Made by a program: the position numbers and the translations under genes. Below the pieces are notes generated by a model. The model saw only the letters and a program-made list of their open reading frames with translations, had not been told where the DNA came from and did not search any database. DNA of 62,510 nucleotides, filler included, from Hausera hauseri (taxonomy: Eukaryota): assembly GCA_046269625.1 (NCBI GenBank). It is 11 parts of 11 records of this genome, joined end to end, with 100 filler letters (N's around TTAATTAATTAA, not from the genome) between each part and the next. Parts side by side here need not be neighbours in the genome. Positions count along the whole stretch, not along the records: positions 1 to 5,726 come from JBJURY010198859.1; positions 5,827 to 10,290 come from JBJURY010567784.1; positions 10,391 to 18,331 come from JBJURY010862075.1; 8 more parts are not named here. One strand, written 5' to 3'. This document shows, in pieces, positions 1 through 10,588 of this stretch (the first letter of the stretch is position 1; every line of letters begins with the position of its first letter).

Positions 1-85
1 ATGGCAAACCATAACGTAGAACAAGTGATTAAGTCAAAAGCTGATTTCACTCTCCCAATTAGAAAAGTTTTCAGGCAAAGAAGAT

Positions 86-895
86 GTGCAGGATTTCGTC
101 ATGGAGTATGAGGTATACTCAAGAAGTTTTGGTTGGAAGGACCAACAACGTATGGAGAGATTACCTCTCCACTTAAAAGGGACAGCCTTGACGATATATT
201 TCCAGATGCCAGAAGAAGATAAGAAAGATTGGAAAACCGTTAAAGAAAAGTTGCCGCAAAAGTTTTTAGTTGATCCCTCTGGAAAGGGAAGGATAGAAGA
301 GTTCATACAAAAAAGGCAACGAAAAGACGAAACGGTTCAAGATTATGTATGTGCACTGGAAAAGTTAGCAGCTAGGGCATACCCTGACGTAACGATAAGA
401 AATAACGCACTGTTGGCCCAATTCCAATACGGACTTGAAGAAAAGTTAAGAACGATAATCCTGCAAGCCGACCCACCGACGTTCCAAGAAGCCATAAGAA
501 AGGCACGTAAAGCCGAACGAGATGCGGAACTATATAGGTGGAGTAGGTCTAAAAATTATGAAAAGCAAAAGAACAATAGTACACAAAAATATCAACGCTA
601 CGATAGAAACCGTAGCCCATCTCAAACATCAGCCATGGAAGCTGAATCCGATATAAATAAGCAAGTAAGGTTTAAATTAAGGAATCATGGCGAAAAATCC
701 ACTTATGTAAAGTATCCTAAGAAGGATAAGAAAGATGGTAGATCCCTACCACCGATAGATTCGGAAGGAAGGCTAAAGTGTTTCAATTGCAACAGATATG
801 GACATATTGCAAAAGCATGTAGAGCGAGAAGAAATGCTAAAGACGACAAAAAGGAACCAAGAAAAGAATATATTTCAGCCATATCAGACGAGTAA
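86..895 (+). CDS. gag: Gag (capsid-like core plus zinc knuckle); the stop at 893 is probably a mutation
   Basis: LPLHLKGTA, QRKDETVQDYVCALEKLA, QFQYGL and CFNCNRYGHIAKAC motifs; the copy near 28160 has TCA where this one has TAA. Confidence 0.9.
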   Translation: MQDFVMEYEVYSRSFGWKDQQRMERLPLHLKGTALTIYFQMPEEDKKDWKTVKEKLPQKFLVDPSGKGRIEEFIQKRQRKDETVQDYVCALEKLAARAYPDVTIRNNALLAQFQYGLEEKLRTIILQADPPTFQEAIRKARKAERDAELYRWSRSKNYEKQKNNSTQKYQRYDRNRSPSQTSAMEAESDINKQVRFKLRNHGEKSTYVKYPKKDKKDGRSLPPIDSEGRLKCFNCNRYGHIAKACRARRNAKDDKKEPRKEYISAISDE

Positions 896-2573
896 TCGGA
901 TGAAGAATACGAAACAGAATGAAGCATTAGCGAATACGAAAGCAAAAAGGAAAGTAAAAAGGACAAAAAGAAGGAAAAGAAAGGAAGTATTAGTTTTATA
1001 GAGGATATTGTATCTCAACATATAAAGACTCAATTAGCAATAGAGTTAAACGATTATAAAACACAACAGAAGAGACTGAAGGAAAACGGTATTTACACAT
1101 TAGAGGATAAAACTCAAGTGGGAAAATCTCGCCAAAGTAGAAAGAAAGGAAACAAGAAAATAATTGAAATTAGCTCAAGAGAAACGTCAGTCGAGAAAAG
1201 CGAGACTGTAAAAAGAAAAGAAAAAAGTGGGACGTAAGAAAGATGCACCTGACGAAACCCCTTCGGAGGAAGGTAAGATAGAAACCCCACCAGTAAAATT
1301 ATTTGATGAAACAGTAATAGAGCAGGTAATAGCACAAGATGTCGAAGTGGATTTAGATGCGGAAGACGATATCATTCGAGCAATAGTGTATATTGATCCT
1401 GAAAATATAGTTGACATAAATCAGGCAACTACGTCAATATTAAAGATAATTGACAACAAAATATCAACGATAAAATTATATGAAATCTTATTCCAACTTC
1501 TTCTATTAGCCCATGATACTAGTCCTGTCAGAGATATTGCACGAACAGTACTGGCCAAAGAGGCAGATGACGAGAAGGGAAGAAACGAATTCGTTAGAAT
1601 AACACTAAAGGAAGAAAACCAGGACATGAGAGTAATAAGAATGAAGGAAACTGATGATATATTAGCCTTACGAGAAAAAATAGAAGTTATAACCCTTTTA
1701 TAAAGAAAAAGTATATGGACTGAATTTCTATGGGCGAACATTGTATGGTTATGATAACTTTTTTAAGAATTGGATGTAGAAGTGAGAACTATAAGGGCTG
1801 AGGAAACGATAAATGAAATAGTTCGAGAATTAGAACCACAAGAAAAGATGGCTCAACCCTTCCGTGACACTCAGAATGTTATAACTCAGACGGAAGCTAA
1901 ACGACGAGGTAGACCAAAAGGAACGAAAATAAGTGATATAAGGAATAAAAGGGATAGAAACGAAGAGATAGTTCGACGATTATTACTGGGGGGTACGGAT
2001 GTGGCAGCAGAATCAGTCGATATTGACCCTTTAATTAGAACTTTATTAGCACGATTGCATACTTCGTTTGCATCATTTGATATGCAAGTAACGATCCCAG
2101 ATGAACTATTCCAGTTAATACGTAATGCTCTATTAAGAATCAGTAGACAATTTTATGAAAATATTGCCGAAGAAAGGATTAACGAACTTTATGAACAAGA
2201 TATTTTAGAAAAGATGTTTGCAACCGGAATTACGAAAGATAAAGTATTAACAGTAATAGCATACCTGTTATACAAAATAATTACTATTAATTATCAGACA
2301 CAGAATTTAGACGAAATTGACCGTAATATTAAAGTAATTATTAAGGTTTTGCGAGACGCACTAGAAAATTGGGTGCAGTGCAGGGGCAGATGGGTGCAAA
2401 GTCTAACGACCACTATTATGGGACCAGAAATTCATGAAAGAATATCCGATGCGAGCCAACTAAGAATGCAAGCTACCAGGCAAGGTCTAACCAACATGTC
2501 CTTCACTGAAATTCTACAATTATTGTTAGTAGCCTCAATATGCATGCCTAAGGCTATGGACATAGTCACTTAA
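896..2573 (+). pseudogene. Spacer protein between Gag and glycoprotein (basic region, helical region, possible Ubl, AT-hook-like KRRGRPK, ending in a signal peptide)
   Basis: ORFs 1227-1703 and 1770-2573 align with 28555-29951; hydrophobic LLQLLLVASICMPKAM immediately precedes (Y)DC. Confidence 0.7.
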
Positions 2574-4340
2574 GATTGTTCAAAATTAAAGGAAGGACAA
2601 AAATATTCATTGGTAGATCTAGAGAAATGTCCAGAAGCGGACCCGGAGCACCTAATAACAACGACAGGCCACACCTATTACGTGTATCAGGAATCAGGGT
2701 TTATTAAGGTTAAGATAAGAGAGTGCGATCTAAAAAAGTCATTCTTTTTGTTCAACTGTACATATTATTCAGGTAATTCTGCAATAATGGAGCCTACAAC
2801 TCCGTTCGAACCAATAATTATTTTACGAGCTGAATGTCAGGATGCATATAAAATCGGAGTAATCACAGTCCAGAACGCTCAGATTCCAGCTGTACGAAAT
2901 AAAATAAAATACACTCGAATTTTCAGAGCTGGAAAGATTGACAAAACTAGTGAAGGGTCCTGCGTTGGAGTGAATTACGATGTAGGAGGTATTATTGCGC
3001 CAAGAACAGTTGCCATTGAGGATTATCAAGTCCAATTAAAAGAGTATGAAGCATTGTTTGATTCCAAAACTAAAATAATGACTACTATGAATGAATGCGA
3101 ATATGAAAACGGTGAATGTGACACTGGAGAATCTAAGATGACGTGGGAAGTATCAACGGGTAAATGCCATCTTACATTATTAAAAGAAGGGAGGTTCAAC
3201 AAAACGGTCGGAAAGACGACAGAAAAAGAAACAGCTACTTTTAAGGAAGGACAAAAAGATGTTAGAATGACGGAAGTCGCTACTGTGGTATACTCAGAAA
3301 ATCCTCAGGATATGATGCGATTTAAAATTACCGGAACGATAAGAAAATGTAATGAAGATATATCCAAAACCAATTATAAAGGCCAAAATTTGTCTTTAAA
3401 AGAAATCCCTGGTGCCAAAATGAAGCTAGATAAAAGGGATATAAAGTTAACGCAACACTTTGATAATAAAATTGATTTCTTAATCAACTATGTAAGAATA
3501 GAAATCAGAAGTCTATACCGAGAAATAATAATGAACGAATGCAAATTGAATTATGAAATAATGAGGAATAAACTGGCTGTAGTGATAACTAATCCAGATA
3601 TGGTGGCACCGGTAATGCCCTTTGGCCAAGGAGTAATCGGAAGGATCATGGGTGAGGCACTGATCACAATAGAATGTAAGAAAGTAGAAGTTAAGTTGAG
3701 ACCCACTACGGAATGCACGACGGAACTACCGGTGGACTACAATAACGAACCAAGATACGTAATGCCAGTAACAAGAATTCTTCTAGACGCTGAAGTTAAG
3801 CCAAACTTGTTGATAAACTGTACATATAATATGTCGCCGATGTTTAAGATAAATGATCAGTGGATAAGAATGCCAAAACGGGAACGTGTAACACCGCCTG
3901 AAACACTCAGCCTAATAAACTTACAGAAAAATCATAAATTTGAACCACTTACCGGTATACCTCAAGGAGGAATTTATACCGAACAAAATTTAGAGGATTA
4001 TAGACGAATGCTATTATTCCCACAACAGCGACAGCGAGTAATAACGGAATTAACCAGAAAAGTAATGTGGGACGGTGAAGGATCACCACAATGGGAAAAT
4101 CTGATGGGTCGAGATTATCTAAAAAAGGTTACTCGAAATGTAATGGAAAAGATGTGGGGAAAGTTTTTATATTTTGGCCAAGCAGCCTCAGGATTTTTAG
4201 CCATATATTTTATGATTAGCACATTGCGAACGATATTTACCGCTCTCAGCAAAGCTTATGGGATTCATGCAGCAGTTGGATGCTCATGGAAAATTATAAT
4301 AGCCGTTATACCAGCAGTAGCTAGTTGCTTCCTAGCAAGA
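2562..4340 (+). CDS. env: Chuvirus-like (gB-type/class III) envelope glycoprotein ectodomain plus transmembrane region
   Basis: N-terminal IV(A/T)YDC..YSLVDLEKC; GEALITIECKKVEVKLRPTTECTTELPV..PVTRIL; GGIY..L..YRRMLLFP; WGKFLYFGQAASGFLAIYFMI. This matches the motif series I recall for chuviral glycoproteins. A TAY>TAA nonsense change is at 2571. Confidence 0.8.
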
Positions 4341-4805
4341 CATGACGCAAAATGGAAAAGAAGGATACTCAAAGACAAAAATAAAGATTTAGAGAATAAC
4401 TCACCGTACAGTACGCTTAATAGAAAGGAGGATGATGAGAATAGCAACTCCCCAAACACAAGTAAACATATCAATAAATATATGAAAAGATTGAGGCGAG
4501 TTTCATGGACGTCATGGAATCGAAAATACAAGAAGACATTAATGTCACAATTACCGAAAATAAATTTCGCTGACGAATATAATGGTCAAGCTATTATGGT
4601 TCCAACAGCACCTCAATATACAGGATTGTCACCCCAATGTACGGGATCAATAACACCGGAGCAAGGATACCTTTCAGAACAGAAAGAGATGTATCCAATA
4701 TACCAAGTACTAAGAATGAAACGAAATTGTGACGAAAATCAGATGCCCTATAATCGCGATACCACTTGCAAGGTAAGTGAGGATTACCAAAAACAATCAT
4801 CAGCA

Positions 4806-5726
4806 AGGCCTGAAATAATGACTGACATAAATGGGTACCCAATGATTGCTCTAATAGACACAGGATCAACAACCACAATAATGGGAAGAAACCAATTGCC
4901 CCTGGAACTAGTAAAGAAACTGAGAAAACCCTCCGAGACGTTAATAAACGTCGAAGCATTTGGCACGGAAGAGAAGATAAGGACAGTCCTCGACGCCAAA
5001 GTTACAATATGTATTCAGGTAATTAAACACACCGTAAGGGTGGCAGAACGTTTAACAAATGAAATATTAATTGGATGTGATATCTTGAATCAGTTGGAAG
5101 ACGCATATATCGACTTAAGCACAGGTCAAATAAGGAAATTTAATACGAAACAGCATGATGGAGCGGTGTCATTGATAAAAGATATTGTAATTCCACCACG
5201 TTCCGAAATAATAGTATCTGAAAAAATAGAAGGCAAATCTCTCGGTAAAAACGTATATTTCGAACCATCCATAGTAACCATGGAAAAGTATGAAATACTG
5301 ATAGCACCTCATATAGACAGAATAAGAGACGGAAAAATCCATTTACGGATTTGTAACACGGGACGAAAAGAAATGAAGCTAAAAAGGAATACTAGAATGG
5401 GATGCGTAATGGTGGTGGAGGATACGCTAGAAAGTTCTAGGGAAGGCACTAATTCTGTCATCTCAGAAGTAGATACAATTGAAAAAATGATGGCAGCAAA
5501 ATTAAGTAACGCAATAAGCAAAGTGAAAACAAAAGACAAGACTAGTGTTATTAATTGGGATGAGAAATTACAGGATTCTAAAGTGTTGACAGACGAGGAA
5601 AAGAATAAGTTACAAGAACTCCTAATAAAAAATAATGATCGCTTTAAACAAAATGACTATGACTTAGGAGTTATGAACGTTATACAACATTCTATTAAAC
5701 TAAAAAACGGGCAAGATAAACCAATA
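4806..5726 (+). CDS. pol: Aspartic protease, dUTPase-like linker and RT N-terminus, in frame with the glycoprotein (ORF 2610-5726)
   Basis: ALIDTGSTTT (DTG at 4857-4865), ILIGCDIL, IVIPPRSEIIV..LRICN, DLGVMNVIQHSI. Confidence 0.9.
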
Positions 5727-5826
5727 NNNNNNNNNNNNNNNNNNNNNNNNNNNNNNNNNNNNNNNNNNNNTTAATTAATTAANNNNNNNNNNNNNNNNNN
5801 NNNNNNNNNNNNNNNNNNNNNNNNNN
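5727..5826. other. Artificial contig spacer (44 N + TTAATTAATTAA + 44 N); identical spacers at 10291-10390, 18332-18431, 26329-26428, 30552-30651, 35965-36064, 40212-40311, 45432-45531, 51470-51569, 58401-58500
   Basis: Ten identical 100-nt blocks whose 12-mer puts stops in all six frames; the sequence class changes abruptly across each one. Confidence 0.98.
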
Positions 5827-6389
5827 ATGCTCTAATTATCTTTCCAGGCTGCATCTCTAGTTCCATACTATCCCATTTTAGTCTTCCGGTTTCTCGAGCC
5901 TGTTTGCAGTGTTTTCTTTCTAAATTATCGAAGAATGTCCTTGCATTAATCCACAATGAGAAATACTACGAGATCGTCTCAGCATACATTCCATGCCGTC
6001 CAAGGATATCAACTCTTGTTGTTGGTATAGAAAATAACGCTTCTCCCTTTTTCTAATTTGTGGGATCTGGCATCCTCACATGCCTCTAAATCCATTAGTG
6101 ACTATTTTTGCCCAAGCTTAAATCTATCGCAGTCGTATACAGTAACGGCACCCATCTGTCTTATTAGCATCATTATGGTGAGTAAACTGATTAACCAATT
6201 AGATTCATTTTTCCGGTTGCTACTATCCGTTTTCGTCAAGTTCCGTGAAATGTCTTCGAGTCTATTGTTGCTACTGGTTCTTTTGTCTTCTTCCTTATCA
6301 AATAATCTTGACCACTTTACTTCTCAAGGAAGTTTACTTTTTTTTTTTTTTTTACTTTTTTTTAGTTTACTTTTGGATAACTTGAAACG

Positions 6390-7247
6390 TCAACTTCTTA
6401 TTGTCCTAGCTGCGTTACATATCGCTTTTTCTTTATCATCTATTGTGTCTCCTCGAAGGCTTGAATAATTTACGATTCGTATTAAATTTCTCATTAGTTC
6501 ATTTAATTCTTCGTTTTTAGTACGGAAAGTGGGAAGTGACAATTGCCTCAGTTCTCTAATCAATTCTTCGTTATAATCTGCTTCTTCTCGGGCCTTTCTA
6601 GGCCTACCGATTGGGCGTTTTGATTTTCGGGCAATAGTCGTTATTCCACTTGATGGCACTAGGTTCTTATCGTATTGTTCCTTGTCCTCATTTGTTTGTA
6701 AATATTCGAAATACATTGCAGCATCCCATACTCCCATGATTTGTCCTACGCACAGCTCTGTCTTAGCCTTACGCGTGGCTTCTTCCTTTGTCTCTGCATT
6801 AGCTATTATTACTACTATTCGATTTTTCTCACCAGGAATAATTCCAACGTCTGTTAGTAGTTCTAAATCATCGAGTATTCTACCTCTAAAGTGAAATCCG
6901 TAATTTAGCTCATTTGTTTCGCCATTCTTTAATAACCACTCCCTTATATCCTTTAGCTGAGAATGTGTAGCTAGCTTACACTCATTTTCTTCCATCCACT
7001 CGGATAATGTCATTACTTTTATTGATACCTCAGGTTTATCTCTCAAGATATTCGCATACTTTTTCATCAAAAGTTTCGGAACCGCGCTGTAGATTGTGTT
7101 CTTACTAGATAATTTCGTCAAGGACGAAATAAGTTGTCTTAGCTTATTTTCAGAAATATTTACGTTAATTAATTCAATTAGTTCCTTTTCGGTTATTGCG
7201 GAATCCAAGAGCATCTCCACATTGAATTTCCTGTTTTGCGGATACAT
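6390..7247 (-). CDS. Spacer protein with ubiquitin-like domain and AT-hook-like motif
   Basis: YGFHFRGRILDDLELLTDVGI resembles the Ubl motif LIFxGKxLxDxxxLxDYxI; RPIGRPRK at ~6595-6620. Confidence 0.55.
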   Translation of the reverse strand: MYPQNRKFNVEMLLDSAITEKELIELINVNISENKLRQLISSLTKLSSKNTIYSAVPKLLMKKYANILRDKPEVSIKVMTLSEWMEENECKLATHSQLKDIREWLLKNGETNELNYGFHFRGRILDDLELLTDVGIIPGEKNRIVVIIANAETKEEATRKAKTELCVGQIMGVWDAAMYFEYLQTNEDKEQYDKNLVPSSGITTIARKSKRPIGRPRKAREEADYNEELIRELRQLSLPTFRTKNEELNELMRNLIRIVNYSSLRGDTIDDKEKAICNAARTIRS

Positions 7248-7772
7248 TTCCGTTTCATTTAAATGTACCGGAGTTACCGGAATTTCGGCCGTTATTGTTT
7301 CTAAATAAGCATCCCATTCGGGTTCATTTCCAATATTTGGAAGTCCATAGTCTACTAGAGCTATGTTCGTTTTTGTACATTCTCTCGAATTTCTTTTAAT
7401 TTTGGTTGTATTTCTTTCATCTACGTAGTCCGGAAACCTATCCCGTTTCCACAGGCATACTGAATCATTTTTAGTAGTTCACCTAGTTTATAAGAATTGA
7501 TAAATCCTTTCTCGTGATAATCGATTAGTTCAATAATTACGTTTCTTTGCCATCTTTGTACAAATTCTCGCTTATTTTTGATTTCTGATTCCGTAAAAGC
7601 GTATTTATTCCGGTAGCTTTCAAACTCTTTTACTATTTTATCTAGTCTCATTGTTCTTCATTTCGTTCTGATGCACGTTTCTTCAACTTGTTGTAATTTT
7701 GGCATCAATTGCCTCATCTTTTCATCATTAATCTCCGCCATTTCCACCAATAAATAGGCTAGCCCATACATC

Positions 7773-9139
7773 TCATTTATAATTTTTTGAGTCGGGATCC
7801 ATTGCGTCCATCAATTTCTTAACGAACTTAGATTCTTCGACACTAACACGTTGATTGTTTCTTATTTTCGTCAACTCGTTATGACAATTCTGATCTGTAC
7901 CGGCCATCCATTCTCGTGCTTCATGCAAAAATTTTACTGCTTCTATTAGGGCTGCTCCATGTTCTGGACAAATACCTAGGGTTTCGATATCCTGGATTAA
8001 AGTCTCGTCAATAGGTTTCTCTGTTAAATGTTGGATTCCTTCTCGTCGGATGCTTCTTAATCTTGAATAAAAATTGCAAGTCATATTTCGCTTTTCTGTA
8101 AAATTCGTTTCTTCAATCATTTTATATATTTCTTCCAATATTGCCATTTTTTGCTTCTCCTTCATAAAATTTAATCGTCGTAATGATTCGAACCGTGTCC
8201 GGATGTCTATTTCTGCTTGTATGGTGTTTAAGTTACGTGCACCTTCTTCTAGTTGCTTTTTTACAGATGGTTCGCTTTCCGGAAATTCTTTCTTGCGGTA
8301 TTCTATTAATTTGCTTAATCTCGTTATTAATTCGGACCATTCTACAATTGGTTGGCAATTATCGGCTTTGCTAATATTGTCTTGTCTAACATTTTATATG
8401 CATCTTTCAATTCATTGTCGGGGTCTTTTATGAAGTTCATAATTTGGCTAGCATAATTGAGCTCATTCTTACATTCATCGAATTCTATGATGCAAGTCTT
8501 TATTATATATTTGGTTTCTTTACTATTCATGAACATGATTCGATTTCTTAAACTACTGATCTGCGATCTTTTTTCATTCGCCATTTTAATGCGGCTTTCT
8601 AAGTCCGCACATCGTCTGGTTTCGGCAAAGGCAATTTTTATCATTTCCATGAACAGAGGAATATCTATCGGGTCTACACCCAATATTTCCAAGTCGATAT
8701 CTCTTCCATTGCTAACCGGTTTTTCTCTAAGTCGATCAATCATTGCATAACGGATTTCATCCATCTTGTGTTCTAAGTTACGGGCCACTTTCTTTAACTT
8801 AGGATTAGTTTCTAAGGTAGATAGTAGTGTTTGCGCTTCAGCAACTTTTACATCGATACTATCTTTGTCTTTACTCCATCCTTCCGAAAATTCGACTCCA
8901 CTTTTAATCCATGACTCTAATTTATAGTTCCATTTTGTCAACGTATCATGCGACACCTCTTCCGGTTGTCTCAACTCGATTGCTTCTTCGAGCTTTCTTT
9001 CGCTAAGTAATTTTAAACTCTTGTATAGTTTCTTCACAAATTGTTGTTCTTTACCCGATATATCTGTTTGTTTACTGATCTGTTTAAGTCTTTCTAATTT
9101 ATGTTGGAGTACTTCCGGATCATGATATCTGGTTCTCAT
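7773..9139 (-). CDS. Helical spacer-protein fragments (ORFs 8342-9139 and 7773-8165), function unknown
   Basis: Long K/E/L-rich ORFs on the element's sense strand with mutual similarity (LREKPV..LEILGVDP / LTEKPI..IETLGICP). Confidence 0.5.
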
Positions 9140-10390
9140 TGATTTTAGTTCCTCGGCATTCTTCCATGAACGTCGAACTTTCCATTTTCTCGCACCGAAA
9201 TCATCATTGTCTTCCGTTTCTTACTCACTAGCGAGAAGCGGACAAATTTCATTTATTTCGTCGTTATTATTTATTGTCTCTGGTGTTCCCAACCCTTTTT
9301 CATTTCTTTTAGGGGTTCTAAAAGTATCTAAGGGCACGTCGCCTTCTAGAATAGTAATATAAAAGTCTTCTTTTCCTTCCACGTCCTTCTTTATGAGAAA
9401 CCGTGAGAGTCTTGGATTTTCTCCTAGGCTATGGGCTTTTACCTCTATTCGTCGTTATCTTGAGAACTAAAGGCCCAATAAATTCACTTTAGATCTCATC
9501 TGTTGTCTCATTTGGGTGGTACTTTTCAGATTCTGAATCTAAATCAACATTCTGAAATGTCTTTGGTTTCTCTAACTGGGCTATTCCTTGGGGAATAGAC
9601 TTTTTACGCGCCATATTGGCATTGTTTGATACCAGTGCATATTCTTCTTCGGTTTGTGGTTTTCTTAATCCGTGATAAACTTCCATTAGTCGTAATTTCT
9701 CTTCATATTCTTTCCTAGCCTTCATTACTTGAGGATTTGTAGATTCGCCTAAATTTCTCACATATTTACGTAGATCTTGCATTTCAATGATCAGGCTTAT
9801 ATCACCGCGTTTACCGTAGATGGCTTCTAAGTTATTTCTAATCATACTTGTTTTGTTCGGTTCGGTAAATGCGATACTTCTAGGATTCGGACATGACCTT
9901 GCGATGTGTCCTTCTTTGCCACATGTAAAACAAATTAAATTCCCATTCCGGCGAATCCTTTGTCGGCTATTTTTATTTACAGGTGATTTTGCTCTGTTTG
10001 TAATCTTATTCTGGCTTTGTAATATATGTTTGTTGTCACCGTCATATCTGTTATGATTATTCCGATTATCAGTGTATTTATTATTGTGTCGGTAAGCACC
10101 TTGGTTCCTGTCTGAATTGTAACTCGATCTATTATACGAGTTGTATGTATTTTGATTATTACTAAAATTTCTGTCATTTCTTTGATTCCTATTGTGAACA
10201 TTTTGATTTCTGTTATCAAAACTTCGGTTTCGGTTATTATCATTAAATCGTATGTTGTCCTGATTATCGTTTCTATTCCGGCTATTGCGGNNNNNNNNNN
10301 NNNNNNNNNNNNNNNNNNNNNNNNNNNNNNNNNNTTAATTAATTAANNNNNNNNNNNNNNNNNNNNNNNNNNNNNNNNNNNNNNNNNNNN

Positions 10391-10420
10391 GATGAAGACC
10401 TAGTGGTCGCAACGTAGCTT
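10391..10420 (+). ncRNA. Truncated, mutated hammerhead-ribozyme-like core (Penelope-type)
   Basis: (CT)GATGA-A-GACC-tagt-GGTC-GCAA-CGT; the core is cut by the contig edge and GAAA reads GCAA. Confidence 0.35.
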
Positions 10421-10588
10421 GTCTTTTTCATTTTCCTTACGTGAGACTTACCCTACCCTACTTTTGTATTCCTACCTCACCAGTGTGTTTTTGCCTACTT
10501 AGCTCTCTACAAACAACAGAGTATCACTGCAATGGATTCCTGCACACCAGCATACAAGGAAGTGATTGACACCTCCACATGACTAACA

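Larger units (their letters stand above)
1..5726 (+). mobile_element. Ty3/Gypsy LTR retrotransposon, 5' part: gag - spacer ORF - glycoprotein - protease - start of RT (slightly decayed)
   Basis: Gag with CCHC knuckle, Cys-rich glycoprotein, LIDTGS protease and the pre-RT 'DLG..NVIQHSIKL' motif lie colinearly on one strand. Confidence 0.9.
5827..10290 (-). mobile_element. Divergent member of the same group: Gag C-terminus, about 3.7 kb of spacer ORFs, start of glycoprotein (decayed)
   Basis: N/R-rich Gag segment and LICFTCGKEGHIARSC (~9893-9935). Signal peptide plus VTVYDCDRFKLGQK*SLMDLEACEDA at ~6070-6200 aligns with the glycoprotein N-terminus of contig 1. Confidence 0.8.

Noticed and set aside
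703-1741. Hydrophobic antisense ORFs (also 6058-6468, 46398-46992 and similar)
   Set aside because: They are shadows of A/G-rich sense coding strands and have no independent motifs.
5727-5826. Regularly recurring TTAATTAATTAA as a biological repeat, and ORFs ending in X-runs or 'LIN'
   Set aside because: It is a synthetic six-frame stop linker; adjacency across spacers has no biological meaning.
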